Program-made: the position numbers and the translations under genes | Part shown: piece after piece, positions 27,370 through 38,780 of the stretch | Layout: each line of letters opens with the position of its first letter | How positions within the stretch are numbered: position 1 is the first letter of the stretch | Notes under the pieces: generated by a model | Told to the model about the DNA's origin: nothing | Seen by the model: the letters and a program-made list of their open reading frames with translations, nothing else | Database searches by the model: none | Assembly (NCBI RefSeq): GCF_001186125.1 | Contig: NW_014040114.1 | Location: 20,526-72,391 of the forward strand | Source: Sphaeroforma arctica JP610 | Taxonomy: Eukaryota | Direction: 5' to 3' | Length of the DNA stretch: 51,866 nucleotides

Positions 27370-28758
27370 TCAGTGTTCATCACCTTCAGTGATGTCGTCC
27401 ACCTTGCCAGATGTGATAGACAGTCTTGCTATCTGCACATCTTTCTTGGCTTGTTGCGCAGCCTTCTTAGCTTGATTTGCTTTCTTCTCAAGACATTCGC
27501 TGTACCGATGTGGGAATGGCGATTCATGACAGTAGGGGCATGCACGCTCTTCACATGCTCATTTCTTTTTCTGTGTCTGGCCCCCTTGCTTGTGCTGGTT
27601 GTGCGTACCACTGTCTGTCCTGTGACGTTTGTTAGCGTTCATAGAGTTATCCTCCACCTGCGTGTTCGCCTGCGTATTGTTGCGTTTATTTGCATTGTTT
27701 GCAGCTCGCGTCTGATCCCTCAACATACGCTCAGCTTGTGTCACTGACGCTATTCGTATGTGTGTCTTAGTCATATTATGAAGCTTGGCATGTTCGATGT
27801 CAGACAAGTGTCCCTCACTTCCATCAGGTTACTTGTCTCCTTTGATTAGGATGTCCACTACTGATTGTAGTCCATGGTACTTCAGTGCTAAGTATTTTTG
27901 TACTTTGAGGGTTTGGAAGTGTATGGGTTCCTTGTCTGAGTTGCGATAACAAGCTCGGTGCGCACTTCAACATTCATCTTCTTATTCTGTATGTCATTGA
28001 TAAACTTATCCAATAGATAGTCTACTGGGTGCGATCTGAGTCGATCAATAATGATTCTATTGAACTGCTCAGGATCAGTGAAGTGCCTGGTTGTTTGTGT
28101 CTCAGAGTCTCTTATGATATTGAGAACTGCTTTGGTTTCTCCGTTGCGTCAGTGGAGTCTAATAGTCTTCTCACTAGTGCTGGATACTGACACAATGGCA
28201 TTGACGTTGCTAAGAATAGATCACTACATTGTGTAGTGAACTCTATGATATCCTCACAATTCTCTAATCTATAGAAACTTTCCTTCGGCATTTTAGGAAA
28301 CTCTGAAGTTTTGAGTAATTTCTTAAGAGAGGGTTCATTTATCTGGTCGCCTAACCGGGAACGCATGAGCTCTAGCTCACTAATGCACAGACTGATTTGA
28401 ATAAGCTTGTCTTCCTCATCATCACCGCAATCGTTGATCGCTAGATCGTATCGTCGTCTGAGCTCCGCATCCACTAGTGGCATGCGACGCTCTGGCTGTT
28501 GGTCATGTATGCCAACCATTATCTTATGTAGAGTCCGTATGGCCACCGGTGCAGTTTGTTCCAATTTGGATACAAACCGACTCACCAAAACAAAGTAGCC
28601 TTGACAGATGTTCTTGTTGCGATGGGTACCCCCGCTGGTGTGGGCTGGCCCGAGCTACTGCCTGGGCTTGCCTCCCCCATTGGGCTGGCTCCCACGTCAC
28701 CCGTGCCTTCACTACCCTCCCCTCCATCGTATACACTTGTTCTGGTTGCTGTTGGCAT
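27370..28758 (-). pseudogene. gag of element B (frameshifted)
   Basis: MPTATRTSVY start; CPYCHESPFPHRYSEC knuckle; homologous to gag of A and E. Confidence 0.78.
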
Positions 28759-29160
28759 TTTCAGAAGTCTGTGCGTATATGTGGGTGGTCGTGAATTATT
28801 AATGAAGACTAAGGTTACCTTGTGCGAAAGTGCGCGCTTCACCCCCCGTCTTTAGTAATAATACTTATAAAATAAAAAATTGTATTTGTTTTACTTACTG
28901 TTATAGTGTTGTCGATTCGCTGCACTTCCGCTGGAAGTGTTTACCGTGTTGTATGGCCCGGTAGCTTGTTGATTGATTCCCTGTATTTATGAGGGAGAAA
29001 AACTGTGTTTAATAATCAAGCTTATTCCGTCATGTGTGACGTCACTTGTTCTTATTCCGTCACGTGAGATTTATTGTCACTAATTTTATTCCGTCATGTG
29101 AGAATTATTTTCTCATGTGATTTTAATGAGATGTTCGGTCCTAGTGACGTCACTCTGGAA

Positions 29161-29289
29161 GATACCGAACTGTGTGTGTACCGAGCTGTGTCCTGTGCCG
29201 AACTGTGTCCTGTACCGAACTATGTTCTGTACCAAACTATGTTCTGTACCAAACCGTGTCCTGTACCGAACTGTGTTCTGTACCAAACT
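29161..29289. repeat. 17-bp tandem repeat (~7-8 copies, GTACCRAACTGTGTYCT) in the leader of element B
   Basis: Directly visible periodicity. Confidence 0.88.
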
Positions 29290-31099
29290 TATTAAAAAAA
29301 CAGTGATGCAATGTCATACACGGTTTATTTGTCCGAGATAACTGAATCGTTTGAGACTGCTCGTGTTGATCGATTTGTTTTGTGATCTGCTGATTGCAAT
29401 TTGATGGAATGTTCTGAACTTGTCAATACCTTTCTGCTGTTCTTTGTATGTTGTATACTCGGTCAGAATAATGCCCGTTCTTGTAATTGATATTGTGGGT
29501 TGGATTGTTCCTTATAACTCTTTTGTTGTGGGTTGGATTGTCCCCTATTACTTTGTGTGTGTTGGTTGATGACTATGTGTTAGTCCCAATTTGTTAGGTG
29601 ATTTCTTCAATCTGATTTTTCACCTATACTCCAGGATGTTGTGGTTTTGTAGGTTATATTACCGCTAGCCTATATGTGCGTGAGTAATGCTCTGTGTGTC
29701 TTATATCTATTGTTTGGTAATTGATTGATGGAGATGGCTATAGAGATGTGATTTCTCTGAGTGATTTCTTCGGGTGATTTGTCCGAAGAGACCGTGGGAA
29801 ACTGATTCCCGAAGCCTTTGTTTATTGTATGTGGTCTGTGTGTGTAGTGTTACTTCCCTTTCTTATTGCAAGTGTTTCTTGTGTGTGAATCCTATGCGTA
29901 TGTGCACGTGTTTATTGGTGTGATGTCAATGTCACTAGTGATTTGTCTCGATTTGACTGCTCCCTGCCTATTTCAATTGATCTTGGTAGCTGTTTGTACC
30001 CAAGCAGGACTTGGTTGCTGTGTGTATGCCTTGTCTGGTGTGGAGAAGCTCATGTGTTTCTGCGTTCTTGACACTATGTGTGTGTTCGCTTCTGAACAGT
30101 TAATTAAGCTGCGTGCCTTAAGACCTATGAATTGACGCTGTTGTTATTTTGTGATTGCTTTTTCTAGAGTAATATTTGTGAAGTTAATTACACAGCCACT
30201 GTCTTGTGCTTCTTGTGGGTGAATTGCCCAGCACCTTTAAGACTCTTGTGACTTGTCTGTTATCACCTTTGTTAGATCTGATTTGTCTGTCACTCGTGAC
30301 GCTTAACTTGTCTTTAAGTGATTTGTAGTGTCTAATTGCAGAAATGTTTACGCATGTTCCTATTAAGTCTTGCACCGTCCTTGGTTGTTAGCAAGCGTGT
30401 TGAACCGTAATACTTTTTTATTTGGATGAATGTATCCTTCTTAAGCGAATTGACCTAAGTAAATTGAATTTACATTCCCTTGATTGATCTTCTGTGTACT
30501 ATTGCTTATTGTACCGAACAGTCTAAACCTCTTATTGGGTTTATGGGCTTATGCCCTGTACTAGTTATTGTTTCTTATACATGGGTGTGCATTCTTCTAG
30601 CACTAATTCACTGCTTGTTCTGGTTACTATTTAGTATTGCCTGCTGCGTGTGTTATGGTGTGTGTAACGTGTGCGTGTTGTGCAGGGGTCCTTAATCTCC
30701 AAATATTTTCTTGTTCGAAAACTTAGAAAAACCCCAACATTGATGAATTAATGAATGTGACACTTCGTTTGTTTTTCACGCATCTTACGTCACTAAACAG
30801 CCTGTCACACCCTGTAACGTGTTCAGCTTACTTCTGAACACGTTTTCTTTACCTGGGTTGTTGTCCCAAGTCTCTTCTTCATCTTGAAGTCTTCTCTAGT
30901 CTGCCAAGCTGTTCTTTGTCTCCGGCTGTGACCCTTCTTTCTTCTTAGGTCGTTCCTTCTCCGGTTTCTTCTCAATAAAGCTTGTGTTTGGTGTTAGGTT
31001 GTTCTTCGTGACAGAAAATTACTCTATCTATCCTATTACACTTCGTTCAGTGTATGAGGATCCGTGTTGACTTATTGTAAGTAAGGATATTGTAAAAAA

Positions 31100-31424
31100 T
31101 GTAGAGTAGGGAGAGTAGCTGAAAGGTACGAGACAATAGGATACAATAGACCTCTTCTCAAGTACGGTTATCTCAGCTAGGAAAGTCCCCAGTCTGAGAG
31201 AACCGAACTGAGTCTTTATTTGTGTTTTCACTAGACTCAGGGGCTACTTGAGTGTTTCTCTCACACGCAGGAGTCCAGGTATATCTTACCGGTTCTATCA
31301 ATAATATTTCTGATGACTCTAATATCAGAAATATTCCAATACTAATTCCAAAACTCAGTATTTGATTATTCTGGGATTTGGGATTTGTATTGGCTTTTTG
31401 ATAATCTAATCCCCAGATGCGACA
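31100..31424 (-). repeat. 5' LTR of element B
   Basis: Minus strand TGTCGCATC...ACTCTACA, 325 bp. Confidence 0.95.
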
Positions 31425-31858
31425 TCACGAGCAACGAGCACTGATGAATGATCAGCAAGCAACAGAAAGCGCACGAAGCGGGGAACCTAAGCAAGTCTCA
31501 CTGATACCAAGGGATACTCCCACTTTTCTCACCTTGAAGCATGCTCCACCCACACACCAGAGAGATAAGGACCAAAGACTCGGTTGTAGAGCCACCGTTG
31601 GGATGCGTTTTCCTAAGCCAAGTCGAAATCAACCAAGAGCACCGGTCAAGACTGACTCCGATGAGCGTGCTTGTGAACTCCCATCACAGTCCAATTAGTT
31701 AATAGGTAATAGGTAAGAATAGATAATGGTGGCAGGTTTTTCATCTTACGCCCCCTAAGAGATACATTTTTCCCTGTACAAAAACACCAACCTCTAAATA
31801 ATCAGATGTCACTTTCTACTCTTACGCAGACAAAGAAGCATGAAGTTGGAGGGCTGCA

Positions 31859-32189
31859 TGTAGCATCTAGGGACCAGATTACCAAAAAGCCAATTCAAAT
31901 CCCAAAACTCAGAGTCATCAAATATTGAGTTTTGGAATTAAGAATCATATATTTCTGATATTAGAGTCATTAGAAATAATATCGGTAGGACCGGTAAGCT
32001 ATAGCAGGACTCCGCATGTGAGAGAAACACTCGAGTAGAAACCAGAGGATAGTGAATGATAAAACACAAATTAACACTCAGTTCGGTGCTCTCAGACTAT
32101 GGACTTTTCCTAGCTGCGACAACCGTACTTGAGAAGAGGTCTATTGTAACCTTTGGGTCGTACCTTTCAGCTACTCTTCATACTCTGCA
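31859..32189 (+). repeat. 3' LTR of element A
   Basis: TGTAGCATCTAG...ACTCTGCA, preceded by a G-rich tract and a 3' region homologous to B 23111-23560. Confidence 0.9.
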
Positions 32190-35085
32190 TGGCTTCTCTG
32201 AGTTCTTCCTACTTCTTTTTCAGTTCCGGTATCCATAACATAGATATATTTTAGTTTAGTTTGCCGTTCATTAAGTCACAAAAGTGTGTATTGGTGTGGG
32301 AAAGTTGCGGACATGGTCACGCATATAATTTGAACTGATAAACTTTGGTTTATGTCTCGAATTTGTGTATGAACTTGGTTGACTGGTTTAGTCTCCTTGG
32401 TTTATGGTTTTCGTGTTTTTTAAAATTTCATGAGTACGAGGTGCCAAAAACTCCTGGGCTTCTGGTTCTTATTTCGTCCTATAGACTTATATTGTGTGAT
32501 TGTACCGAACTGGTTTTGCATCTATGTTTGTACAGTATACCATGTGTTGCATTTGGTTTGTGTGCTTTCTGTCACTATGTAGTCTGTTATTATTAGCATT
32601 GATGTCTTGTTCAAGACCGCCTGTTGTTCTTGTGTACTGTGACGCTTGTGATTATTGTATTGTTATGCCTGTACTTCTATAGTGATTGGCGTTGTAGTTA
32701 AATTTAGCTCTTGTACTTTGAGTTATGCTGTACGTTATGTGTGTGGCTTCATGCTTCGTATATGTTTCTGATGTCTATGTTCTTGCGATTGTATATCGTC
32801 TTCTTGAACTTGTGTGTCTATGGACTGTTGTGTCTCTGGACTGTGGACTGTGTTCTTGTGATTGTGCTTGTTGATGCCACACTGAGGTGATTACGTACTC
32901 TATTGTGGTACTTTGTTGTCCATGGAGTGTGGATCTTGCCTCTTAACCTTGTGTACTATAATAGAGCTGGTGATTGTGGAGTACAATACAAGTTATTTCG
33001 TGTAGCGCTTGTGATCGTGGACTGCGACCCAAGTTTGTTTCTTGCTCTTCGATATTGACACATACTTTCTTTATAAATCGTTGCGTTTTGCTGGTCTATG
33101 TGATTCTATGTTCTGAATCTAATTTAACCGTTTGAAATCTTGAATGTTTGTGTCCATGAGTTGTGGAGTGTGTTCTCTTAGTCATTACTGTTGTTCACAC
33201 AACGTTTTTATGTGCACTTTATTCTTGTAAGGTGTGACCCTCGAGTGTGTGCTAGTCTTCCTAGATCTTACTGTGGCCAAACTTAAGCGTGAGGTGTACG
33301 CTATTGCTGGATGTCAATGTCCATGGATTGTGGACTGGGTTTTCAATTCTTAGATACGAGTGTATGGCTTGTGGTTGTGAAGTTCAACCCAAGTTACTTG
33401 TTCCCACTTTAACTTGAGGATTGTTACTTTGTGGTTTCCTCGTAGTTAGTGGTGATTTGATGGTGTAGGTGATTTTATAGTGTGAATCTGACGATTTCTT
33501 TGGTGTTTCTAAGCACGTTCGTGTGTGGTTATTTCATTATCTTTGTTAGTTTCTGTGCTTGTTGGACACTGGTCCTCTTTAAGTATCTGTATTCTGCCTT
33601 ATGATATTTCTCTTGGTATGAGATCGCACAATTTCTCCTCTGAGATGTTCAATTAGATGCTCACCATGTATGTGTGTGTCACCTGTTTGCTTGTTTCGTA
33701 CGAGTGGTTCTTTTATTGGCTTGACGCGTTTTGTGTGTTTAATTCGTGTAGTAATTTTAGTTGTATTGTGATTTGGTATATTTCTTCGTTCTACGATAAT
33801 GTATATTCGTTCTGCCCTGATGGGTGTGTACGTGAGAAATGTAGGCTTTTTGTGTCTGATTTGAGGTTAGTCTGTTGGTAAGTTAACTATTGTCTTGTTC
33901 ACGTATTGTGATGTGATATATGCTACGTTATTTTCTTACTTCGCTTCTCTTGTTACTATCCTTTAGTCTGATCACGTGTCTCGTCAGGTTCTATTTTGAT
34001 TCTCCGTGCTCATACTTCAGTTTGTTTTAAATGTAGCTTTGTGTTTCTTTGTTCTCTAGTTCTTCTAACTTAAGTTGATAATTCCTTAGTAGGATCTTTA
34101 TGGTATATTTTGTATTGTCTGCTCTTACTTAGTTGTGGTTCAATATGTACAATCTAAGAGTAGCATGTCCCAAACCCGTATTCGAGTGTTGTTGCAGGCA
34201 CCATGAATTCCTCTTTGCAATTCTACTGTGTTTTTGTCCTCTGTGTTTCTCCCTAGCCTCTCTGTAGTTGAGTGTTAGTTAGTCTGCGTACGTACAGAAC
34301 TTTTCTTGATAGTATTTATCTTATAATAATAAAAATGTATCACTGTGACACTTCCTTGAATTTTCTAGCTTCCCAACTTTGGTATTATCTCTATATTAAG
34401 GAAATTATCACTGTGTCACTTTTGTGTTTTTCTAGTGTCCCAACATAAACAATCAGTTGGGTACGCTGTTTCTAACACTTGTTTTGCTAGGGGTGCTTAC
34501 CTTGGATCACCATAGTCTTACTTACTTATTTTTTTTGCGTCCGCGTGATATCTCTGGACGAGCTTGGCTTCTTGGACACTTGTTTTTTTCGTTGAAGTTT
34601 CCCTTGTTCTTCCCTACTTCCTGTTGTGTTCTCCGTCCCTTACTTTTCTTGTTCCTCGTCTTCGATATCCACTAGTCTTCAAGTTATATCCTTCTAGTTG
34701 TGTGACTATTCTTAACTATACTAAGGAGCTGGTATGACATATTTGTGTATGTGTAAGTCGATTTACCGTGGTAAGGATACTGTTAAAAAAGTAGAGTTTG
34801 AGAGTAGCTCAAGTGCGAATCCTACAGCTCGGTAAAGTCTTAGGCTGAAGGACTCGCATTGAGTCTTTATCTGTGTTTAGTATTTTCTACACTAGACTCA
34901 ATATTTACTTAAGTGTTTCTCTCACACGCGGGAGCCCAGGTATCATCTACCGGTATTCCCGGTTCTATTTCTGATCACTCTATCATCAGAAATATTGGAT
35001 CCTAGATCCAAAACTCAGTATTTGATAATTCTGGGTTTTGGGTTTAGGATTGGCTTTTCTGATAATCTGGCCCCTGGATGCTACA
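32190..35085 (-). mobile_element. Truncated, internally deleted family-1 element 'D' (5' LTR ~34790-35085, long leader, short pol fragment)
   Basis: Diverged LTR ending GATGCTACA at 35085, followed on the minus strand by the family's post-LTR motif. 32190-32331 is homologous to B 25843-25990 (NYMRDHV region). Confidence 0.8.
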
Positions 35086-36483
35086 AAGACAGCCTCGTAC
35101 ACTGGGACAACCTCAAGAGAAGAAAAGAGCGCGCGAAGTACGTGCTTGTCCCTACTGTAAGATGACACCGACTTCACTTCGCTATAGCCGATATCCTATG
35201 AATACTGCAAATCAGATTAATGAGGCTGGTGAGCGTGCAAAGAGTGACGTGAAATTGGCACGACTCTCAAATATCACAGGGAAGGTAAAAAGAGCTAATA
35301 GATAGCGATGAGTCCCGAAACAACTGGTGGACGGAAGCAATTTTGATTGACCTGGCTGACAGGTTAAATGCTAATACAGATGAAGGAACGTTGTCAATAA
35401 ATGCGAATGATATAAATTACTAACCTTTATCCTTAATTTCCGCACCACGAGACCAAAGATCACACATTAACACACAAATAAGAGGCAATATATACAGGCC
35501 GCGCGTAAACTCAGGCGCACAACGCTCATGTATGGACAAAAGTATAGTATTTAAACTGTATTTATCAGTCAGAGCGTAACCAGGCCACATACAATTAGCT
35601 CTAATAGATGCGAGGATACAAAGAACATGGTCAACCGAGGTATGTGATACAAATACAGAGTTTCGAAGTGTCGGACCTACCAGACAAGAAGGTACCAATA
35701 CTTCTAGTTATGGACATCCGATCACACATAGGCATACATATCGCAGGATTAGAAAACCTACTTACATCATCAGATGAAAAGTTGGAGTCACTACTCACTC
35801 CACATGAGGAAGACCCAGAGCATGAATAAAAAGGATTCAGAGTCACTTGCAAACCTCTTTGAAACCAATGTAAATCTATCTCCTGTCAAACATTGCAACG
35901 TACCTGGCTCTAAAGTCCAGTGCCAGCAAATGAAATCAATGTGCGACAAATGAGGCATGTCAAAGTCAAATTTGTATCGCATAAACACATCCCACATACG
36001 GATGAAAAGTGCACAGGTGGCTCCTGATCGTCACATATACAAACGTACAACACCAATAACCGTGAGCTTGCCGTTTGTGACATGACCAATCAGGTCTTAT
36101 CAAGGAAGCACAAACATGTTTAGACCTACGAGAGAGTGATTACCAGTACGAGCAAGACATATTTGTGGCACCAAAAATAAAGGAAGTATTACATTATATA
36201 TAGGGAGCACAATAATTTAATGGTTCTACCATTCTCTAGTAGATGAAGCAATTTTTTTCCTCACATTCTCATGGAGAGGAGCGCAATCCTCATTTACGTC
36301 AGCACCATTTGGTCTTTACTCACTCATAGCACAATTCCAAGAGTCATGGTAAACTTGCTCATAGACACCAAAAGAATGCAGGGGTACGTGGATGACATGG
36401 TTATTGCAAGTCTCACAGACGAAGAACATCGCAAGACTGTACGTGATGTAATGAAACGATTTAACAGAGCGAACTTCCGACTC
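35086..36483 (+). mobile_element. Fragment of family-1 element 'E' (gag end, protease, partial RT)
   Basis: VRACPYCKMTP, IDLADRLN, VNSGAQRSCMD, ILLVMDI, SAPFGL and GYVDD, collinear with A and B; cut off by the C LTR. Confidence 0.87.
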
Positions 36484-37251
36484 TGTAATAGCCGGGCCTC
36501 CACATTAGACTCTAAGTGATAAACGTACTATTAAGTAGTACGTAATTTATAAACGTACTCTTAATAGTACGAAGAACTTAAGTTTCCTAAATGGTTTTTA
36601 ATGGTTTTATTAATTAATACCTTTTCCATTTTACATATCAGATATTTGGACGAGGCCATTAAAAGGCCCCAGTAAAATAACAAACATAAGAGTTGGTCTA
36701 GTTCTATTAATAGAACTATATTTACTTTCAAACTTTATTTATATCTGAATACTTCGGTAGCGAGATGGCTCAACCGAATATAGGTTTCTAGGGACTATTA
36801 ACGTTACCTAGTTGATCCTCCGATCAGCCAACCAGATGTGCCAGTCTGATGGAGGCTAAGTCGGTAATTCTTGATAAGTGGCAAGTTATTGGTTAAGACA
36901 ATAACTAAGGACATCAAGAGTAGTTTTCCTTTTTTAATTTATTTTTTCTAAAGATAGGATTTTATGAGTCTCTCAGATTCGCCCCAATGAAACATACCAT
37001 AGTTTCTAATAGAGCGACAACGAAACACTAAATAAAATCTCTTCGGCGGAAACAGTACTGAGAGGATTATATATAGGCAATGTCTCAGCCTCACAATCCC
37101 TCAGAGTATTGCTGTTTTGACGAGGCATACCTAACTTTACTAAAAATCTCATTTCGTTTATTTACTTTGATATATTCACCATACTTAGAATTTACTTGCG
37201 CGTTTATTTACTCTAAGGCGTTAATATCGCCTTAATAGACCGAATCTTACA
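36484..37251 (+). repeat. 5' LTR of element C
   Basis: Highly similar direct repeat of 42718-43486. Confidence 0.95.
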
Positions 37252-37378
37252 CATTTTAAAGTTAGCAAAGGTATTAATTACTTAGACTACTTAAGCGTCA
37301 AGGTAGATTAACTACCACAAAATTTTTCTTGTCCAAGCTAGTCCTTAAGAGATCAGCTAGCAGTCATAAGTTAATACT

Positions 37379-38330
37379 ATGACCAAGAAAGACAATACTC
37401 CTTCTAAGAAGCGTATAGCTGAAAAGAAGAAGATGGATAGAGAAACCGCTGCCGCTGCTGATGAATTTAACCGCACTGTAGCCGAAGCACTTGCCTCCGA
37501 CAATAATGGTCAACAGGACAATGCTTCAGTCAAGGATGTAGCCACTCCGATTAAGGATACTACTCCCACTGACAGAGCCCGATGGCCAACGATTGCCTAA
37601 ACTTCAAAGCTTGCATTTACGAAGCCAAGAAGTGAGACAAGGGACACGTCTTAAAACGCCCCAACCCATTCTTCTGACGAAAAATCCGAAAGAAAAGTTC
37701 CCAATTATAAGGGAGTCCCCAATTATAGGGGACAAGGACAAATCTCAGAAGGAACCTATATTGGAACCAGAAGAGGAGGCAAGCTCAAGTGGCAAACCCG
37801 AATCTACGTCGAGACTACAAAGCTAGCGCGCATAAGTAAGTTAATTACTGAAAACACTGATCATAAGAATCAGTTAGCTACCCTTATGAAAGACTTAACT
37901 GTTTAACATGTAGATCTATTGTATAGATCTGGGAAACATACACAGCACTTACGCGAGCATGTTTCTCCGGGCATTACTGAGGCCCTACAGACGTGGACAG
38001 AACGTCGACAGGCAATTACGCCCGAAGAACGTAAAGACTCGAGCGCTACACCTGTGGCATATGAGCCAGATGTGCTCAGCGTATCTATACCTTACGAGGT
38101 ACTACCACCATAACTTCAGGCTAATTACTCGCCTGTTCTGACACCCGGCCGTGAGTCACCCGTCCTTGAGGGTATTATGGACCCAGAGGCAGGTAGAAAT
38201 ACTTCGCCACTTTTACCCAATTGGGGTGACAATCGTCGGAAACCAGTTAAGACTGGGTATGTTATCCAGACGCATAAATCACCCAAGATTATAATACCAA
38301 CCACTATCCGAGGAACAGAGCACCGAAAGG
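37379..38330 (+). pseudogene. Putative gag-region ORF fragments of element C
   Basis: Lies just after the 5' LTR as successive plus-strand ORF pieces (MTKKDNTPSKK...); no diagnostic motif recognised. Confidence 0.45.
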
Positions 38331-38780
38331 NNNNNNNNNNNNNNNNNNNNNNNNNNNNNNNNNNNNNNNNNNNNNNNNNNNNNNNNNNNNNNNNNNNNNN
38401 NNNNNNNNNNNNNNNNNNNNNNNNNNNNNNNNNNNNNNNNNNNNNNNNNNNNNNNNNNNNNNNNNNNNNNNNNNNNNNNNNNNNNNNNNNNNNNNNNNNN
38501 NNNNNNNNNNNNNNNNNNNNNNNNNNNNNNNNNNNNNNNNNNNNNNNNNNNNNNNNNNNNNNNNNNNNNNNNNNNNNNNNNNNNNNNNNNNNNNNNNNNN
38601 NNNNNNNNNNNNNNNNNNNNNNNNNNNNNNNNNNNNNNNNNNNNNNNNNNNNNNNNNNNNNNNNNNNNNNNNNNNNNNNNNNNNNNNNNNNNNNNNNNNN
38701 NNNNNNNNNNNNNNNNNNNNNNNNNNNNNNNNNNNNNNNNNNNNNNNNNNNNNNNNNNNNNNNNNNNNNNNNNNNNNNNN

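Larger units (their letters stand above)
22786..31424 (-). mobile_element. Full-length Ty3/Gypsy chromovirus-like LTR retrotransposon 'B' (family 1), nested in A in opposite orientation
   Basis: Two 325-bp TG...CA LTRs (about 94% identical by eye), TCAC target-site duplication (22782-22785 / 31425-31428), PPT-like GGTTTGGGGGC before the 3' LTR, domain order gag-PR-RT-RH-MTase-IN-chromo. Confidence 0.95.
14369..32189 (+). mobile_element. Ty3/Gypsy chromovirus-like LTR retrotransposon 'A' (family 1), interrupted by element B; probably a recombinant
   Basis: 5' LTR 14369-14693, long leader, gag 17365-18625, then decayed PR-RT-RH-MTase-IN-chromo to 22785. It resumes at 31429, followed by a G-rich PPT-like tract at 31841-31858 and the 3' LTR at 31859-32189. 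Confidence 0.88.

Noticed and set aside
29161..29289. Short regular repeats as a CRISPR-like array
   Set aside because: Head-to-tail units without unique spacers, inside a eukaryotic retrotransposon leader.
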